Assembly: GCA_017964745.1 (NCBI GenBank)
Contig: JAGCRJ010000013.1
Location: forward strand, 1 to 33,970
Length of the DNA: 33,970 bases
Origin: Lachnospiraceae bacterium
GTDB lineage: Bacteria > Bacillota > Clostridia > Lachnospirales > Lachnospiraceae
Direction: 5' to 3'
Of the stretch, positions 18,114-27,488 are shown in pieces (the stretch's first letter is position 1; the number at the start of each line of letters is the position of its first letter). Position numbers and translations under genes: made by a program. The notes beneath the pieces were generated by a model. It had not been told where the DNA came from. It worked only from the letters and a program-made list of their open reading frames with translations, and did no database searches.

Positions 18114-20780
18114 TTGATCTTCAATGAGAGCTACAATATATACTTTGAACTTTCGGTATTGCCCATTGAGCTGATACTGCTTATTTTCGTGTACGGCAAT
18201 TACAAGGATGACCGTGACACCAAGGCTACCAATTACAGGTTCAAGATATATGCTCTGCTCACAACTGTAGGAACACTTCTGGACATTGTCACCGGTATAA
18301 CCTTTATGTGGGGTGACACACTTCCCGCATGGTTCCATGTTGTTTTCCTTTCGCTCAATTTCCTCATGGGTCTTTGCAGCTCCATGGGATTCTATTTTTA
18401 CATGGTCGCTTTTTCGGGACTTACCAAAAATGAACATGTCCTGAATATGATCTCTTATGCGATCAATATTGTATATGTGATCATCCTGGTCATAAACTAT
18501 TTCACCGGCATCGCTTTTACATACGTACCCGGTATCGGCCTTGTAAGAAATATACTGTACGGAACGGTCGGTTATCTGTTTCCGCTTTATTATATTGCCC
18601 TCGGAGTATCTCTTTCCTTTTTCAGGAAAAAGAGATTCACAAAGGTTCAGAGGACATTTCTCTCAAGCGGATTTTTGATAGTACTCGTGATATTCATAGT
18701 TCAGGTCAAGCTCGAGGAAAGGGCGCAGATGGCATATTTTGTAGGAGGCATCTGCCTGCTTATGCTGTTCCTTACTCTGGAAACTCCGGAATATACGGAG
18801 CTTGTCAATACGCTTGATGAACTTGACCGTGTCAGAAAAGATGAAAGAAGGGCACTTGAAAGGATCAAAAGATCCGATGAAGCAAAGAGCGTATTTCTTT
18901 CCCATCTTTCGCATGAGATCAAAACACCCATTAACGCGATAATGGGTTATACCGAAGAGATACTAAAGGCCAATGTTTCCGATGATGTTAAGGAAAATGC
19001 GGCAAGTGCATTCAAGGGTGCAAGAAGGCTCGATCAGTTCTTTACTGATATAGTCGATAACATGTCCGATATCAGCGAGTACGGAAACAGTGCTCTGATC
19101 TCCCTCGAGGATATCGAAAAAGAGCTTTATCTGAATGTCGGATTCGATATTGAAGAAAAGAAAAATGCCAAGGATTTCGTTTCCAAATCCGGTTTTGAAG
19201 GACTGGCTTTATCCGATACCGGTTCATATCCGGACTCGTCGATGTACAGGATACTCTGCGTTGACGATAACGAACTGAACATGGAGCTTTTGGTGCGTAC
19301 CGTCAAACAGTTCGGATTTACCGTAGACGGAGCGGAAGATGGTAAGACCGCCATTGAGATGGTCTCCAAAAATGATTACGACCTGATCCTGATGGATCAT
19401 ATGATGCCGGTCATGGACGGCGTCGAGGCAATGCATTATATCAGGGATAATTCTCTTTGCGATCTGACTCCGATAATCGTTGTGACCGCAAATGCAGTAA
19501 GGGGCGAAAAGGAAAAATATATGTCTGAAGGCTTTGATTCGTTCCTTCCCAAACCCTTCACCGGCGGATCCCTTCTCCGGGCTGTCGGTAAATTCCTTCC
19601 TCTTGCAACGATGGAGACGCTTATCAAGACCGGCAGCAGATCCGGAATTTCGGGATTTATGCTGGCTTCCACATTTTCAAGACCGCTTATCGCACCGGGT
19701 ACCAGGATCCTCATTGCGGGCAAGGACAGGGAGAGCATTAACAGGCTTTCAAGGCTTTTCCTTACCACAATGGCAAGGATCGATGTCGTATACGGATGTG
19801 ACGAATGCATCGAAAGACTTTCCGGCGGAGATTACGATATCGTATTTGTTGAAGACGGTCTGCGTTCGGATGATAACCGTTCCATAAAGACATATATATG
19901 GAACAGCGTGGACATCCCCGTGATCCTAATAACAAGGAAGAATACGGTGATAGATCCCGCGGTCATCTATGACAGCTATACGGATTACATCAGTATCGAT
20001 GATGATTCCGATGTTATCGATGCTATGCTGCTTCTGTATCTTCCCAAGGATAAGGTCAGCGTTGTCGGAACCTGTGAGGAAAAGAAGAAATCTTCTCTGG
20101 ATATCACATCATCCTATGATCTTGCAGACGGTACCGAAAAGGTAAAGACCCATACCCAGGTCAAAGAAGAAAGCATAGGCATAGAGCGGACCGGCGAAGC
20201 CGATATGTTTATCGGAATAAAAGGACTGGATGTCGAACAGGGAATCTATAATTGCGGTTCCGAGGAGGGACTCAAAAAGGCAGCAGAGATCTTTGTAAGC
20301 ACCGCGGATGCCAAGGCTGATGAGATAAGTGAGCTTTATACCACGGGTGATATTGACGGTTATACCATCAGAGTCCATGCTTTAAAGAGCTCTGCGCGTA
20401 TAATCGGTGCAACGGAGCTTTCGGAACTTGCCAGAGCCCTTGAAGCCGCCGGCAAGGATCATAACATTGATTTCATCAATGACAAAACGGACGATCTGCT
20501 CAAGGAATACAGAAGCTTAAAACAGCATCTTTCGGAGAGGCTGTCTCCGTCCGAACAGGTTATAAAGATAACCGCTACTCCCGAGATCACCGGCGATGCA
20601 TACAGGACCATATATGAACTTGCACTTATGATGGATTATGACAGCATAGAGATCATCTTCGAATCACTGAGCCGGTATGAATTCGAAAAGGCTGATGCGG
20701 ACAGGCTTGATAAGATAAAAAGATCCATGGAAGCGCTTGACTGGGATGCCGTTCTCAGCTGCGCAAAGGAGGCATTATGA
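18114..20780 (+). CDS. 7TM sensor - HisKA - receiver - pseudo-receiver - Hpt protein lacking a HATPase_c domain
   Basis: Seven hydrophobic segments in aa 1-222; H box LSHEIKTPINAIMG (H267); receiver ILCVDDN/LMDHMMP/VTAN/KPF (D428); pseudo-receiver; Hpt RVHALKSSARIIGA (H755). TTG start. Confidence 0.85.
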   Translation: MIFNESYNIYFELSVLPIELILLIFVYGNYKDDRDTKATNYRFKIYALLTTVGTLLDIVTGITFMWGDTLPAWFHVVFLSLNFLMGLCSSMGFYFYMVAFSGLTKNEHVLNMISYAINIVYVIILVINYFTGIAFTYVPGIGLVRNILYGTVGYLFPLYYIALGVSLSFFRKKRFTKVQRTFLSSGFLIVLVIFIVQVKLEERAQMAYFVGGICLLMLFLTLETPEYTELVNTLDELDRVRKDERRALERIKRSDEAKSVFLSHLSHEIKTPINAIMGYTEEILKANVSDDVKENAASAFKGARRLDQFFTDIVDNMSDISEYGNSALISLEDIEKELYLNVGFDIEEKKNAKDFVSKSGFEGLALSDTGSYPDSSMYRILCVDDNELNMELLVRTVKQFGFTVDGAEDGKTAIEMVSKNDYDLILMDHMMPVMDGVEAMHYIRDNSLCDLTPIIVVTANAVRGEKEKYMSEGFDSFLPKPFTGGSLLRAVGKFLPLATMETLIKTGSRSGISGFMLASTFSRPLIAPGTRILIAGKDRESINRLSRLFLTTMARIDVVYGCDECIERLSGGDYDIVFVEDGLRSDDNRSIKTYIWNSVDIPVILITRKNTVIDPAVIYDSYTDYISIDDDSDVIDAMLLLYLPKDKVSVVGTCEEKKKSSLDITSSYDLADGTEKVKTHTQVKEESIGIERTGEADMFIGIKGLDVEQGIYNCGSEEGLKKAAEIFVSTADAKADEISELYTTGDIDGYTIRVHALKSSARIIGATELSELARALEAAGKDHNIDFINDKTDDLLKEYRSLKQHLSERLSPSEQVIKITATPEITGDAYRTIYELALMMDYDSIEIIFESLSRYEFEKADADRLDKIKRSMEALDWDAVLSCAKEAL

Positions 20781-21532
20781 GTGAATCCGTTCTTATGGTG
20801 AGCAAAATAGACAGCTTTATGGTTAATGCCATCAAGTATAAGCTTGAAGCAGAAGGCTTTCTTTGTTCCTTTTCATCTACCGAGTCTCCTTACATAAAGA
20901 ATTCGATTGACGAAAAGAGGATTATCATCCTGTATATGGATGAATCCATTCTTGAAAGACCGGATCTTCTCATTTATCTGAAGGATAAATGCAATGATGA
21001 CGAAAAGAAGCTCATACTGATAGGATCACCTGCCGATTTTGCTGTCGTTAACGAATACATTTCGGATAACTTCCTTGCCGGCAAGCTTGAAAGACCGATC
21101 GATATGCAGGTGCTCATCGCACTTTTAAGAGGGGTTCAGACAACGGCCCGTGAAGAGAGCGATAAAAAGAGTGTTCTGATAGTAGATGATGACACGACTT
21201 ATCTTCGTACGGTAAGAGACTGGCTCAAGGATAAGTATAAAGTTTATATGGCCAACTCGGGCATACAGGCACTTACATGGCTTGCGAAGAATCATGCGGA
21301 TCTTGTTCTTCTTGATTATATGATGCCCGTCGCTTCCGGTCCCGAGATCCTGGAGATGATCAGGAGCGAAGAGTTTTCGAGGGATATTCCCGTAATATTC
21401 CTTACGAGCAAGTCTGACAAGGACAGTGTCAAAAATGTAATGAAGCTTAATCCTCAGGGATATCTTCTGAAATCGATCAGCAAAGATGTTCTGAGGACTG
21501 AACTGGATAAATTTTTTAACGGAGATATTTAA
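20777..21532 (+). CDS. Response regulator with N-terminal pseudo-receiver and C-terminal receiver, no output domain
   Basis: C-terminal VLIVDDD, VLLDYMMP, FLTS, YLLK. The N-terminal half has receiver-like spacing (VLMVSKID...LERPID) without the catalytic residues. Confidence 0.85.
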   Translation: MSESVLMVSKIDSFMVNAIKYKLEAEGFLCSFSSTESPYIKNSIDEKRIIILYMDESILERPDLLIYLKDKCNDDEKKLILIGSPADFAVVNEYISDNFLAGKLERPIDMQVLIALLRGVQTTAREESDKKSVLIVDDDTTYLRTVRDWLKDKYKVYMANSGIQALTWLAKNHADLVLLDYMMPVASGPEILEMIRSEEFSRDIPVIFLTSKSDKDSVKNVMKLNPQGYLLKSISKDVLRTELDKFFNGDI

Positions 21533-22345
21533 ATGGAAAAATTTGAAGGAACAAGTGGATATGTTGCAAGCCCGGAGCTGATGGATTCCGTTAATATTGC
21601 GATAGCACTTAAAAAGCCGCTCCTCATCAAAGGAGAACCCGGAACGGGCAAGACCATGCTCGCACAGTCCGTTGCCGATGCACTCGGCAAAAAGCTCATC
21701 ATCTGGAACATCAAGTCTACGACCAAGGCCCAGGACGGACTTTATATGTATGACACCATCCAGAGACTCTACGACGGACAGTTCGGAGAGGGCGGAGTCG
21801 ATGATATAGCTCACTATATCAAGCTCGGAAAGCTCGGTGAAGCATTCGAGAGCGAAGATCAGGTTGTTCTTCTCATCGATGAGATAGATAAAGCGGATCT
21901 GGAATTCCCCAACGACCTTCTCTGGGAACTTGACCAGATGGAATTCTATATAGGTGAGACCAAGAGAACGGTCAAGGCCAAGAACAGACCCATCGTTATC
22001 ATCACTTCAAATGCGGAGAAGGAGCTTCCCGACGCATTCCTCAGAAGATGTATTTTCCATTATATTGAATTTCCCGGAAAGGAACTCATGGAAGAGATCA
22101 TCAGGGTTCACTTCCCCGATGTTGAGGAGCATCTTCTTGCCGAGGCAATGGATGTATTCTATCAGATCCGTGATATTAGGGATATCCGTAAGAAGCCTTC
22201 GACTTCCGAGCTGATTGACTGGATCAATGCACTTCAGATCGGAGGAATTCCCTACGGACAGATCAAGTCAAGACTTCCTTTCATCGGAGTCGTAGTCAAG
22301 AAAGACGAAGACCTCGAGCAGACGTCTCATTACAATTTCGAATAA
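21533..22345 (+). CDS. MoxR-family AAA+ ATPase
   Basis: Walker A GEPGTGKT, Walker B LLIDEIDKAD, sensor IITSN, LPDAFLRRC, KKPSTSELIDW. Confidence 0.93.
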   Translation: MEKFEGTSGYVASPELMDSVNIAIALKKPLLIKGEPGTGKTMLAQSVADALGKKLIIWNIKSTTKAQDGLYMYDTIQRLYDGQFGEGGVDDIAHYIKLGKLGEAFESEDQVVLLIDEIDKADLEFPNDLLWELDQMEFYIGETKRTVKAKNRPIVIITSNAEKELPDAFLRRCIFHYIEFPGKELMEEIIRVHFPDVEEHLLAEAMDVFYQIRDIRDIRKKPSTSELIDWINALQIGGIPYGQIKSRLPFIGVVVKKDEDLEQTSHYNFE

Positions 22346-22346
22346 T

Positions 22347-23555
22347 ATGTTTTTGAATTTTTTTGAAAGTTTAAGAAAGCACGGGATAAATGTCACTTTG
22401 GGTGAGTGGCTCGATCTGGAGAATGCACTTGATGCGTCCCTGATCGGCGGCCAGCTCTCAAGGTTCTATCACTGTGCAAGAATGATACTTGTTAAGTCCG
22501 AGACGGATTACGACAAGTATGATGAGGCATTCGAGGAATGTTTCGGCAAGATAAAGAGTGTCCCCGAAGTGGGTAAGGAAATGCTCCGCTGGCTTGATAA
22601 GTCCGATATGATGCAGCTTGCCGAGATGGAAGCAAAGGATCATCTGAACAAGATGGAAGGCGAAGGCATCATAATCGACAAAGAAGATGTTGAGCAGAAG
22701 TTTAAGCAGAGGCTCAAGGATCAGGATTCCGAGCATAACGGCGGATCCTTCTGGATAGGTACCATGGGTAAGACATCCTTCGGTAATACCGGAGGTAATA
22801 TCGGAGGCGTAAGAGTCGGTGGCGCGACCGGATACCAATCCGCATTTGCGGTCATCGGTGCCAAAAAGTACCGTGATTTCCGAGATGACAGGGTCATGAC
22901 CAACCGTCAGTTCCAGCTTGCATTCAGAAGACTCAGACAGTTCTCTTCAAGGCTTGATACACCCGAGAGGGAACTTGATATCGACAAGACGGTCGATGAG
23001 ACCTGTAACCAGGGCGGAGTTCTTAAGATAGAGATGAGAAAGCCGAGGAAGAATTCGGTTAAGCTCCTTCTTCTCATGGATTCGGGCGGTACTATGATAC
23101 CTTATTCCGAGCTTTTGAACGATCTTTTTCAGGCCGTAAATAAAAGTAACCACTATAAGGAAGTTAAATGTTATTATTTTCATAACTGCATTTACTCCCA
23201 TGTATATAAGACACCTGAATGCGAAAACGGTGACTGGGTGGAAACAAAATGGCTTTTCCGCAACACGGATTCCGATTATAAGGTTATAATAGTCGGAGAC
23301 GCAGCCATGGCACCCGAGGAGCTTTATTCCGATACGGGAAACTACCGCGGCCCCAATGACGGACTCAGCGGTGAAGAATGGCTCAAGTCATTAAAGAGAC
23401 ATTACAAGAAGGTTGTCTGGCTCAATCCCAAGATGGCGCCCGGAAATGCGCCGTGGAGAGAAGTGGAGACAGCCGTAAAGCAGATGTTCCCCATGTATAA
23501 ATTATCCGTGAAAGGTCTCGATCAGGCGATGACCAAGCTCATGGAAACAAGATAA
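22347..23555 (+). CDS. VWA-domain (CoxE-like) partner protein of the MoxR ATPase
   Basis: Gly-rich WIGTMGKTSFG segment, ELDIDKTV, MIDAS-like LLLMDSGGTM, YFHNC, IVGDA, VWLNP; 1 bp downstream of the ATPase. Confidence 0.88.
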   Translation: MFLNFFESLRKHGINVTLGEWLDLENALDASLIGGQLSRFYHCARMILVKSETDYDKYDEAFEECFGKIKSVPEVGKEMLRWLDKSDMMQLAEMEAKDHLNKMEGEGIIIDKEDVEQKFKQRLKDQDSEHNGGSFWIGTMGKTSFGNTGGNIGGVRVGGATGYQSAFAVIGAKKYRDFRDDRVMTNRQFQLAFRRLRQFSSRLDTPERELDIDKTVDETCNQGGVLKIEMRKPRKNSVKLLLLMDSGGTMIPYSELLNDLFQAVNKSNHYKEVKCYYFHNCIYSHVYKTPECENGDWVETKWLFRNTDSDYKVIIVGDAAMAPEELYSDTGNYRGPNDGLSGEEWLKSLKRHYKKVVWLNPKMAPGNAPWREVETAVKQMFPMYKLSVKGLDQAMTKLMETR

Positions 23556-23578
23556 ATATTTAAAAGGAGATTTTTGAA

Positions 23579-24802
23579 ATGGGTATTTTTGAAGAGCTGC
23601 AGGCAAGACAGCTTCTTGCACAGCTTACGGACGAAAATGAGATAAGGGAGCTTGTCAACAACGGCAAAGCTACATTCTATATAGGATTCGACCCCACTGC
23701 CGATTCGCTTCATGTAGGTCATTTCATGGCTCTCTGTCTTATGAAGAGACTTCAGCAGGCAGGCAACAAGCCCATAGCACTTGTCGGAGGCGGAACCGGA
23801 ATGATCGGTGATCCTACCGGAAAGAGCGATATGCGTACGATGATGACCAAGGAGACGATTGATCACAATGTCGAATGCTTCAAGAAGCAGATGTCCAGAT
23901 TCATCGAATTCGGCGACGGAAAGGCAATGCTTGTTAACAATGCGGACTGGCTTCTTGACCTTAACTATGTCGAGTTCATCAGGGATATCGGACCTCATTT
24001 CAGTGTAAACAATATGCTCAGGGCAGAGTGCTACAAGCAGCGTATGGAAAAGGGACTTACCTTCCTTGAGTTCAACTACATGTTCATGCAGTCATACGAT
24101 TTCCTTGAGCTTTACAAGAGATACGGCTGTAATATGCAGTTCGGCGGAGACGACCAGTGGAGCAATATGCTCGGAGGTACCGAGCTTATCAGAAAGAAGC
24201 TTGGCAAGGATGCATATGCCATGACCATAACCCTTCTTCTCAATTCCGAAGGAAAGAAGATGGGTAAGACCGCAAAAGGCGCCGTCTGGCTCGATGCGGA
24301 TAAGACCACTCCTTACGAGTTCTACCAGTACTGGAGAAACGTCGACGATGCCGATGTTTTCAAATGCCTGAGAATGCTCACCTTCCTTCCTCTCGAGCAG
24401 ATTGAGGAAATGTGCAAGTGGGAAGACTCCCGTATCAACGAAGCCAAGAAGATCCTTGCACATGAGCTTACCGAGCTTGTCCACGGCAAGGAGGAAGCTG
24501 ACAAGGCCGAGGCCGGAGCAAATGCACTTTTCGGCGGCGGTGATCTTTCGGCAGCCGATATTCCCACAGTTCAGATCGAAGAGGGGGATTATCGTGACGG
24601 TAATATCGATATTCTCGGAATCCTCGTAAAAGCAGGCCTCTGCCCCACGAGAAACGAAGCACGCCGTGCGGTTGAGCAGGGCGGTGTTACCGTAGACGAT
24701 GAGAAGGTAACCGATGTCAAAACACTGTATTCCGCGGAAGACCTTAAGGACGGAAAGCTTGTCAGACGCGGAAAGAAAGCATACAAAAAGGTGATCTCAT
24801 GA
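23579..24802 (+). CDS. tyrS: Tyrosine--tRNA ligase
   Basis: YIGFDPTADSLHVGH, QFGGDDQW, KMGKT and a C-terminal S4 domain; AAGGAG RBS. Confidence 0.98.
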   Translation: MGIFEELQARQLLAQLTDENEIRELVNNGKATFYIGFDPTADSLHVGHFMALCLMKRLQQAGNKPIALVGGGTGMIGDPTGKSDMRTMMTKETIDHNVECFKKQMSRFIEFGDGKAMLVNNADWLLDLNYVEFIRDIGPHFSVNNMLRAECYKQRMEKGLTFLEFNYMFMQSYDFLELYKRYGCNMQFGGDDQWSNMLGGTELIRKKLGKDAYAMTITLLLNSEGKKMGKTAKGAVWLDADKTTPYEFYQYWRNVDDADVFKCLRMLTFLPLEQIEEMCKWEDSRINEAKKILAHELTELVHGKEEADKAEAGANALFGGGDLSAADIPTVQIEEGDYRDGNIDILGILVKAGLCPTRNEARRAVEQGGVTVDDEKVTDVKTLYSAEDLKDGKLVRRGKKAYKKVIS

Positions 24803-25620
24803 GCGAAGCATACGATAAGCTGCAGACAGCACTAAAAGCCGTCAGGGAAAAGACCGATTTTGTTCCCGACATCGCACTCGTACTCGGATCCGGACTCGGT
24901 GCATATGCCGATTCCATCAGGACTGTTTGCGAGATACCTTACTCCGACCTTCCGGGCTTCCCCGTATCTACCGTACAGGGTCATTCGGGAAAGTTCATAT
25001 TCGGATACGACGGAGATAAGAAGGTCGTATGCATGAAGGGCAGGGTTCATATGTATGAAGGCTATGAGCCTTCCGATGTCGTTATGCCCATCAGGCTTAT
25101 GTACCTTATGGGAGCAAAGATCCTTTTCCTTACAAATGCTGCAGGCGGTATTAACGAAAGCTTCCATCCAGGATGTCTTATGCTGATCGAGGATCAGATA
25201 TCATTCCTTGTAAGAAATCCTCTTATCGGTCCCAATGTTGAGGAGCTCGGAACAAGATTCCCCGATATGACAAGGATCTACGATAAGGATCTATCACAGA
25301 TAATCATCGATAAAGCCGCAGAGCAGAATTCCGAGCTTTTCAAGGGTGTTTATGTTCAGCTGAGCGGTCCTTCATATGAATCGCCTTCGGATGTAAAGGC
25401 TCTCAGGATCCTCGGCGGAAGTGCCGTCGGAATGAGCACCGCCATCGAGGCGATCGCTGCAAGACATGCCGGAATGAAGGTCTGCGGTATATCGGTAATT
25501 TCAAATATGGCTGCCGGTATTACCGGAGAAGAGCTCAATCACGAAGAGGTACAGAAGGCTGCCGATTCGGTCTCAAAGAGATTTGAAGAGCTTGTCAGGG
25601 CATCCATTGCAGCATTCTGA
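24799..25620 (+). CDS. punA: Purine-nucleoside phosphorylase (trimeric, inosine/guanosine type)
   Basis: LGSGLG, STVQGHSG, GRVHMYEG, TNAAGG, GPSYE, VGMST, SNMAAG, LNHEEV. Confidence 0.93.
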   Translation: MSEAYDKLQTALKAVREKTDFVPDIALVLGSGLGAYADSIRTVCEIPYSDLPGFPVSTVQGHSGKFIFGYDGDKKVVCMKGRVHMYEGYEPSDVVMPIRLMYLMGAKILFLTNAAGGINESFHPGCLMLIEDQISFLVRNPLIGPNVEELGTRFPDMTRIYDKDLSQIIIDKAAEQNSELFKGVYVQLSGPSYESPSDVKALRILGGSAVGMSTAIEAIAARHAGMKVCGISVISNMAAGITGEELNHEEVQKAADSVSKRFEELVRASIAAF

Positions 25621-25643
25621 TCAAACTGTAACGGTAAATCATA

Positions 25644-26066
25644 ATGAATGAAGAAGATATCCAGAACCTGATACTTAATGCATTTGAAGGAAGAACAAAG
25701 TCCTATTGTCCCTATTCGGGATATGCCGTAGGTGCCGCAATCCTCACATCTTCGGGTGAGATCTACAGAGGCTGCAATGTAGAGAATTCATCTTACGGAG
25801 CAACCATATGTGCCGAAAGATGTGCCGCTCTTAAAGCAGTCAGCGAAGGTGACCGTGAGTTCAAAGCCATAGCGATAGTCGGCGGACTTAAAGAGGCATC
25901 GGAATTAACGGATTATGCTTATCCGTGCGGTATATGCAGACAGTTTATCTCCGAATTCGGCGGAAGCGATATGACGGTTATCATTGCCCGCAGTATCGAT
26001 GATAAGAAGGTTTATAAGCTTTCGGAGCTTTTGCCCGAAGCATTCACCGCCGATTCCATCAGATAG
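25644..26066 (+). CDS. cdd: Cytidine deaminase (homotetrameric type)
   Basis: SYCPYS..VGAA, GCNVENSSY, CAER, PCGICRQ, LLPEAF. Confidence 0.96.
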   Translation: MNEEDIQNLILNAFEGRTKSYCPYSGYAVGAAILTSSGEIYRGCNVENSSYGATICAERCAALKAVSEGDREFKAIAIVGGLKEASELTDYAYPCGICRQFISEFGGSDMTVIIARSIDDKKVYKLSELLPEAFTADSIR

Positions 26067-26118
26067 TCCGACTCCTTTCGTGTTCAAGATCTGCGTAAGT
26101 TTATAGAGGTCTTCTTTT

Positions 26119-27402
26119 ATGAATATTCGTCTGTACAACGCAAGAATACTTGATCTTGATGAATCTCACAACGTGAGAAAGGGTGAGGTGCGCGTAAGTG
26201 AAGGTAAGATCGTCGAAGTGATATATGAGGGCGACATAAAGCCCGAAGACAGGATCTTTGACAGGGAGATAGACTGTAAGGGAAATCTTCTGATGAGGGG
26301 CTTTAATGATGCCCACACCCATTCGGCAATGACATTTTTAAGATCACTTGCCGATGACAAGCCGACACCAAACTGGCTTGAGGAAGACATTTTCCCCAAC
26401 GAAGCCAAACTGACCGATGATGATATAGCCGATTTCCAAAGGCTGGCGATAATGGAATATGTATCCGGCGGCATAGTTTCCGCCATGGATATGTATTTAA
26501 GGCCCGATGTGACCGCGCAGGTTTTTGCCGCCGCGGGCATGAGGGCTGTTATTGTTTCGGGACTTAACAATTTCACCTCGTCCATTTCCGAGCTTGAAGA
26601 TCAGTTTGACAGGCTTAACCGATACGATCCCCTTATTTCCTTTAAAGCAGGCATTCATGCCGAATACACTACATCCCGTGAGATTCTTGAAAGCCTTTCC
26701 GGATTTGTCCGTGAAAAGAAAACCGGTGTGTTCTGCCATGCATCGGAGACGGAGAGTGAGGTTTCCGGATGTTTGGAAAGGTACGGACTTACTCCCGTAA
26801 AATTCCTTGCATCACTGGGTCTTTTTGATCACGGCGGAGGCATTTATCACGGAGTTCATGTAACCGATGAGGAGATCGATATCCTCAGGGATAAAGGTAT
26901 TTATACGGTAACAAACCCCGCATCAAACTGTAAGCTTGCAAGCGGCATGGTTCCGCTCAAGAAGCTTTATGAAAGCGGTGTAAAGCTTGCGATAGGCACT
27001 GACGGTCCCGCCAGCAATAACTGCCTTGATATGTTCAGGGAGATGTACCTTGCGAGCGTTCTTTGCAAGATCAGGGAAAAAGATGCCGCAGGAATCGATG
27101 CATCTGTTATACTTGATATGGCCGTTAAGGGAAGTGCCGGATGTATGGGGCTGGAGGATTCCGGACTTATGAAGGCAGGGTGCCCGGCTGATATCATAAT
27201 GGTCGATATGAGCAGGCCCAATATGCAGCCGGTCAACAATATCGTCAAAAACCTTGTTTATTCTGGTCAGACGGCAAATATTAAAATGACAATGGTCTCC
27301 GGACGGATATTGTATTACAATGGAGAATATGATCTGGGATTTGATCCCGAAGAGATAATATTTAAGTGTGGGGAGAGAACTGACAAGATAGTATCCGGCT
27401 AG
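26119..27402 (+). CDS. Amidohydrolase-family nucleoside deaminase (MTA/SAH deaminase-like)
   Basis: Metal ligands DAHTH, HASET (HxxE), YHGVH, GTDG; NPASNCKLASG. Substrate cannot be determined from sequence alone. Confidence 0.85.
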   Translation: MNIRLYNARILDLDESHNVRKGEVRVSEGKIVEVIYEGDIKPEDRIFDREIDCKGNLLMRGFNDAHTHSAMTFLRSLADDKPTPNWLEEDIFPNEAKLTDDDIADFQRLAIMEYVSGGIVSAMDMYLRPDVTAQVFAAAGMRAVIVSGLNNFTSSISELEDQFDRLNRYDPLISFKAGIHAEYTTSREILESLSGFVREKKTGVFCHASETESEVSGCLERYGLTPVKFLASLGLFDHGGGIYHGVHVTDEEIDILRDKGIYTVTNPASNCKLASGMVPLKKLYESGVKLAIGTDGPASNNCLDMFREMYLASVLCKIREKDAAGIDASVILDMAVKGSAGCMGLEDSGLMKAGCPADIIMVDMSRPNMQPVNNIVKNLVYSGQTANIKMTMVSGRILYYNGEYDLGFDPEEIIFKCGERTDKIVSG

Positions 27403-27488
27403 GATAGCAGACGGAAATTATTTTCTGTTCTCTATATAAGTATTTTATATTACAAGATTCTCATAAGATGAGAAAGGAGAATTAAAAA

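Noticed and set aside
16633-20780. Idea that genes 1 and 2 form a split but active kinase (ATPase from gene 1, His from gene 2)
   Set aside because: The gene 1 ATPase-like region lacks the N-box Asn and G1/G2 glycine motifs, so ATP binding is unlikely. Kept only as a testable alternative.
21125-21814. 229-aa minus-strand ORF spanning the regulator/MoxR junction
   Set aside because: Antisense to two well-supported in-frame genes; no motif support.
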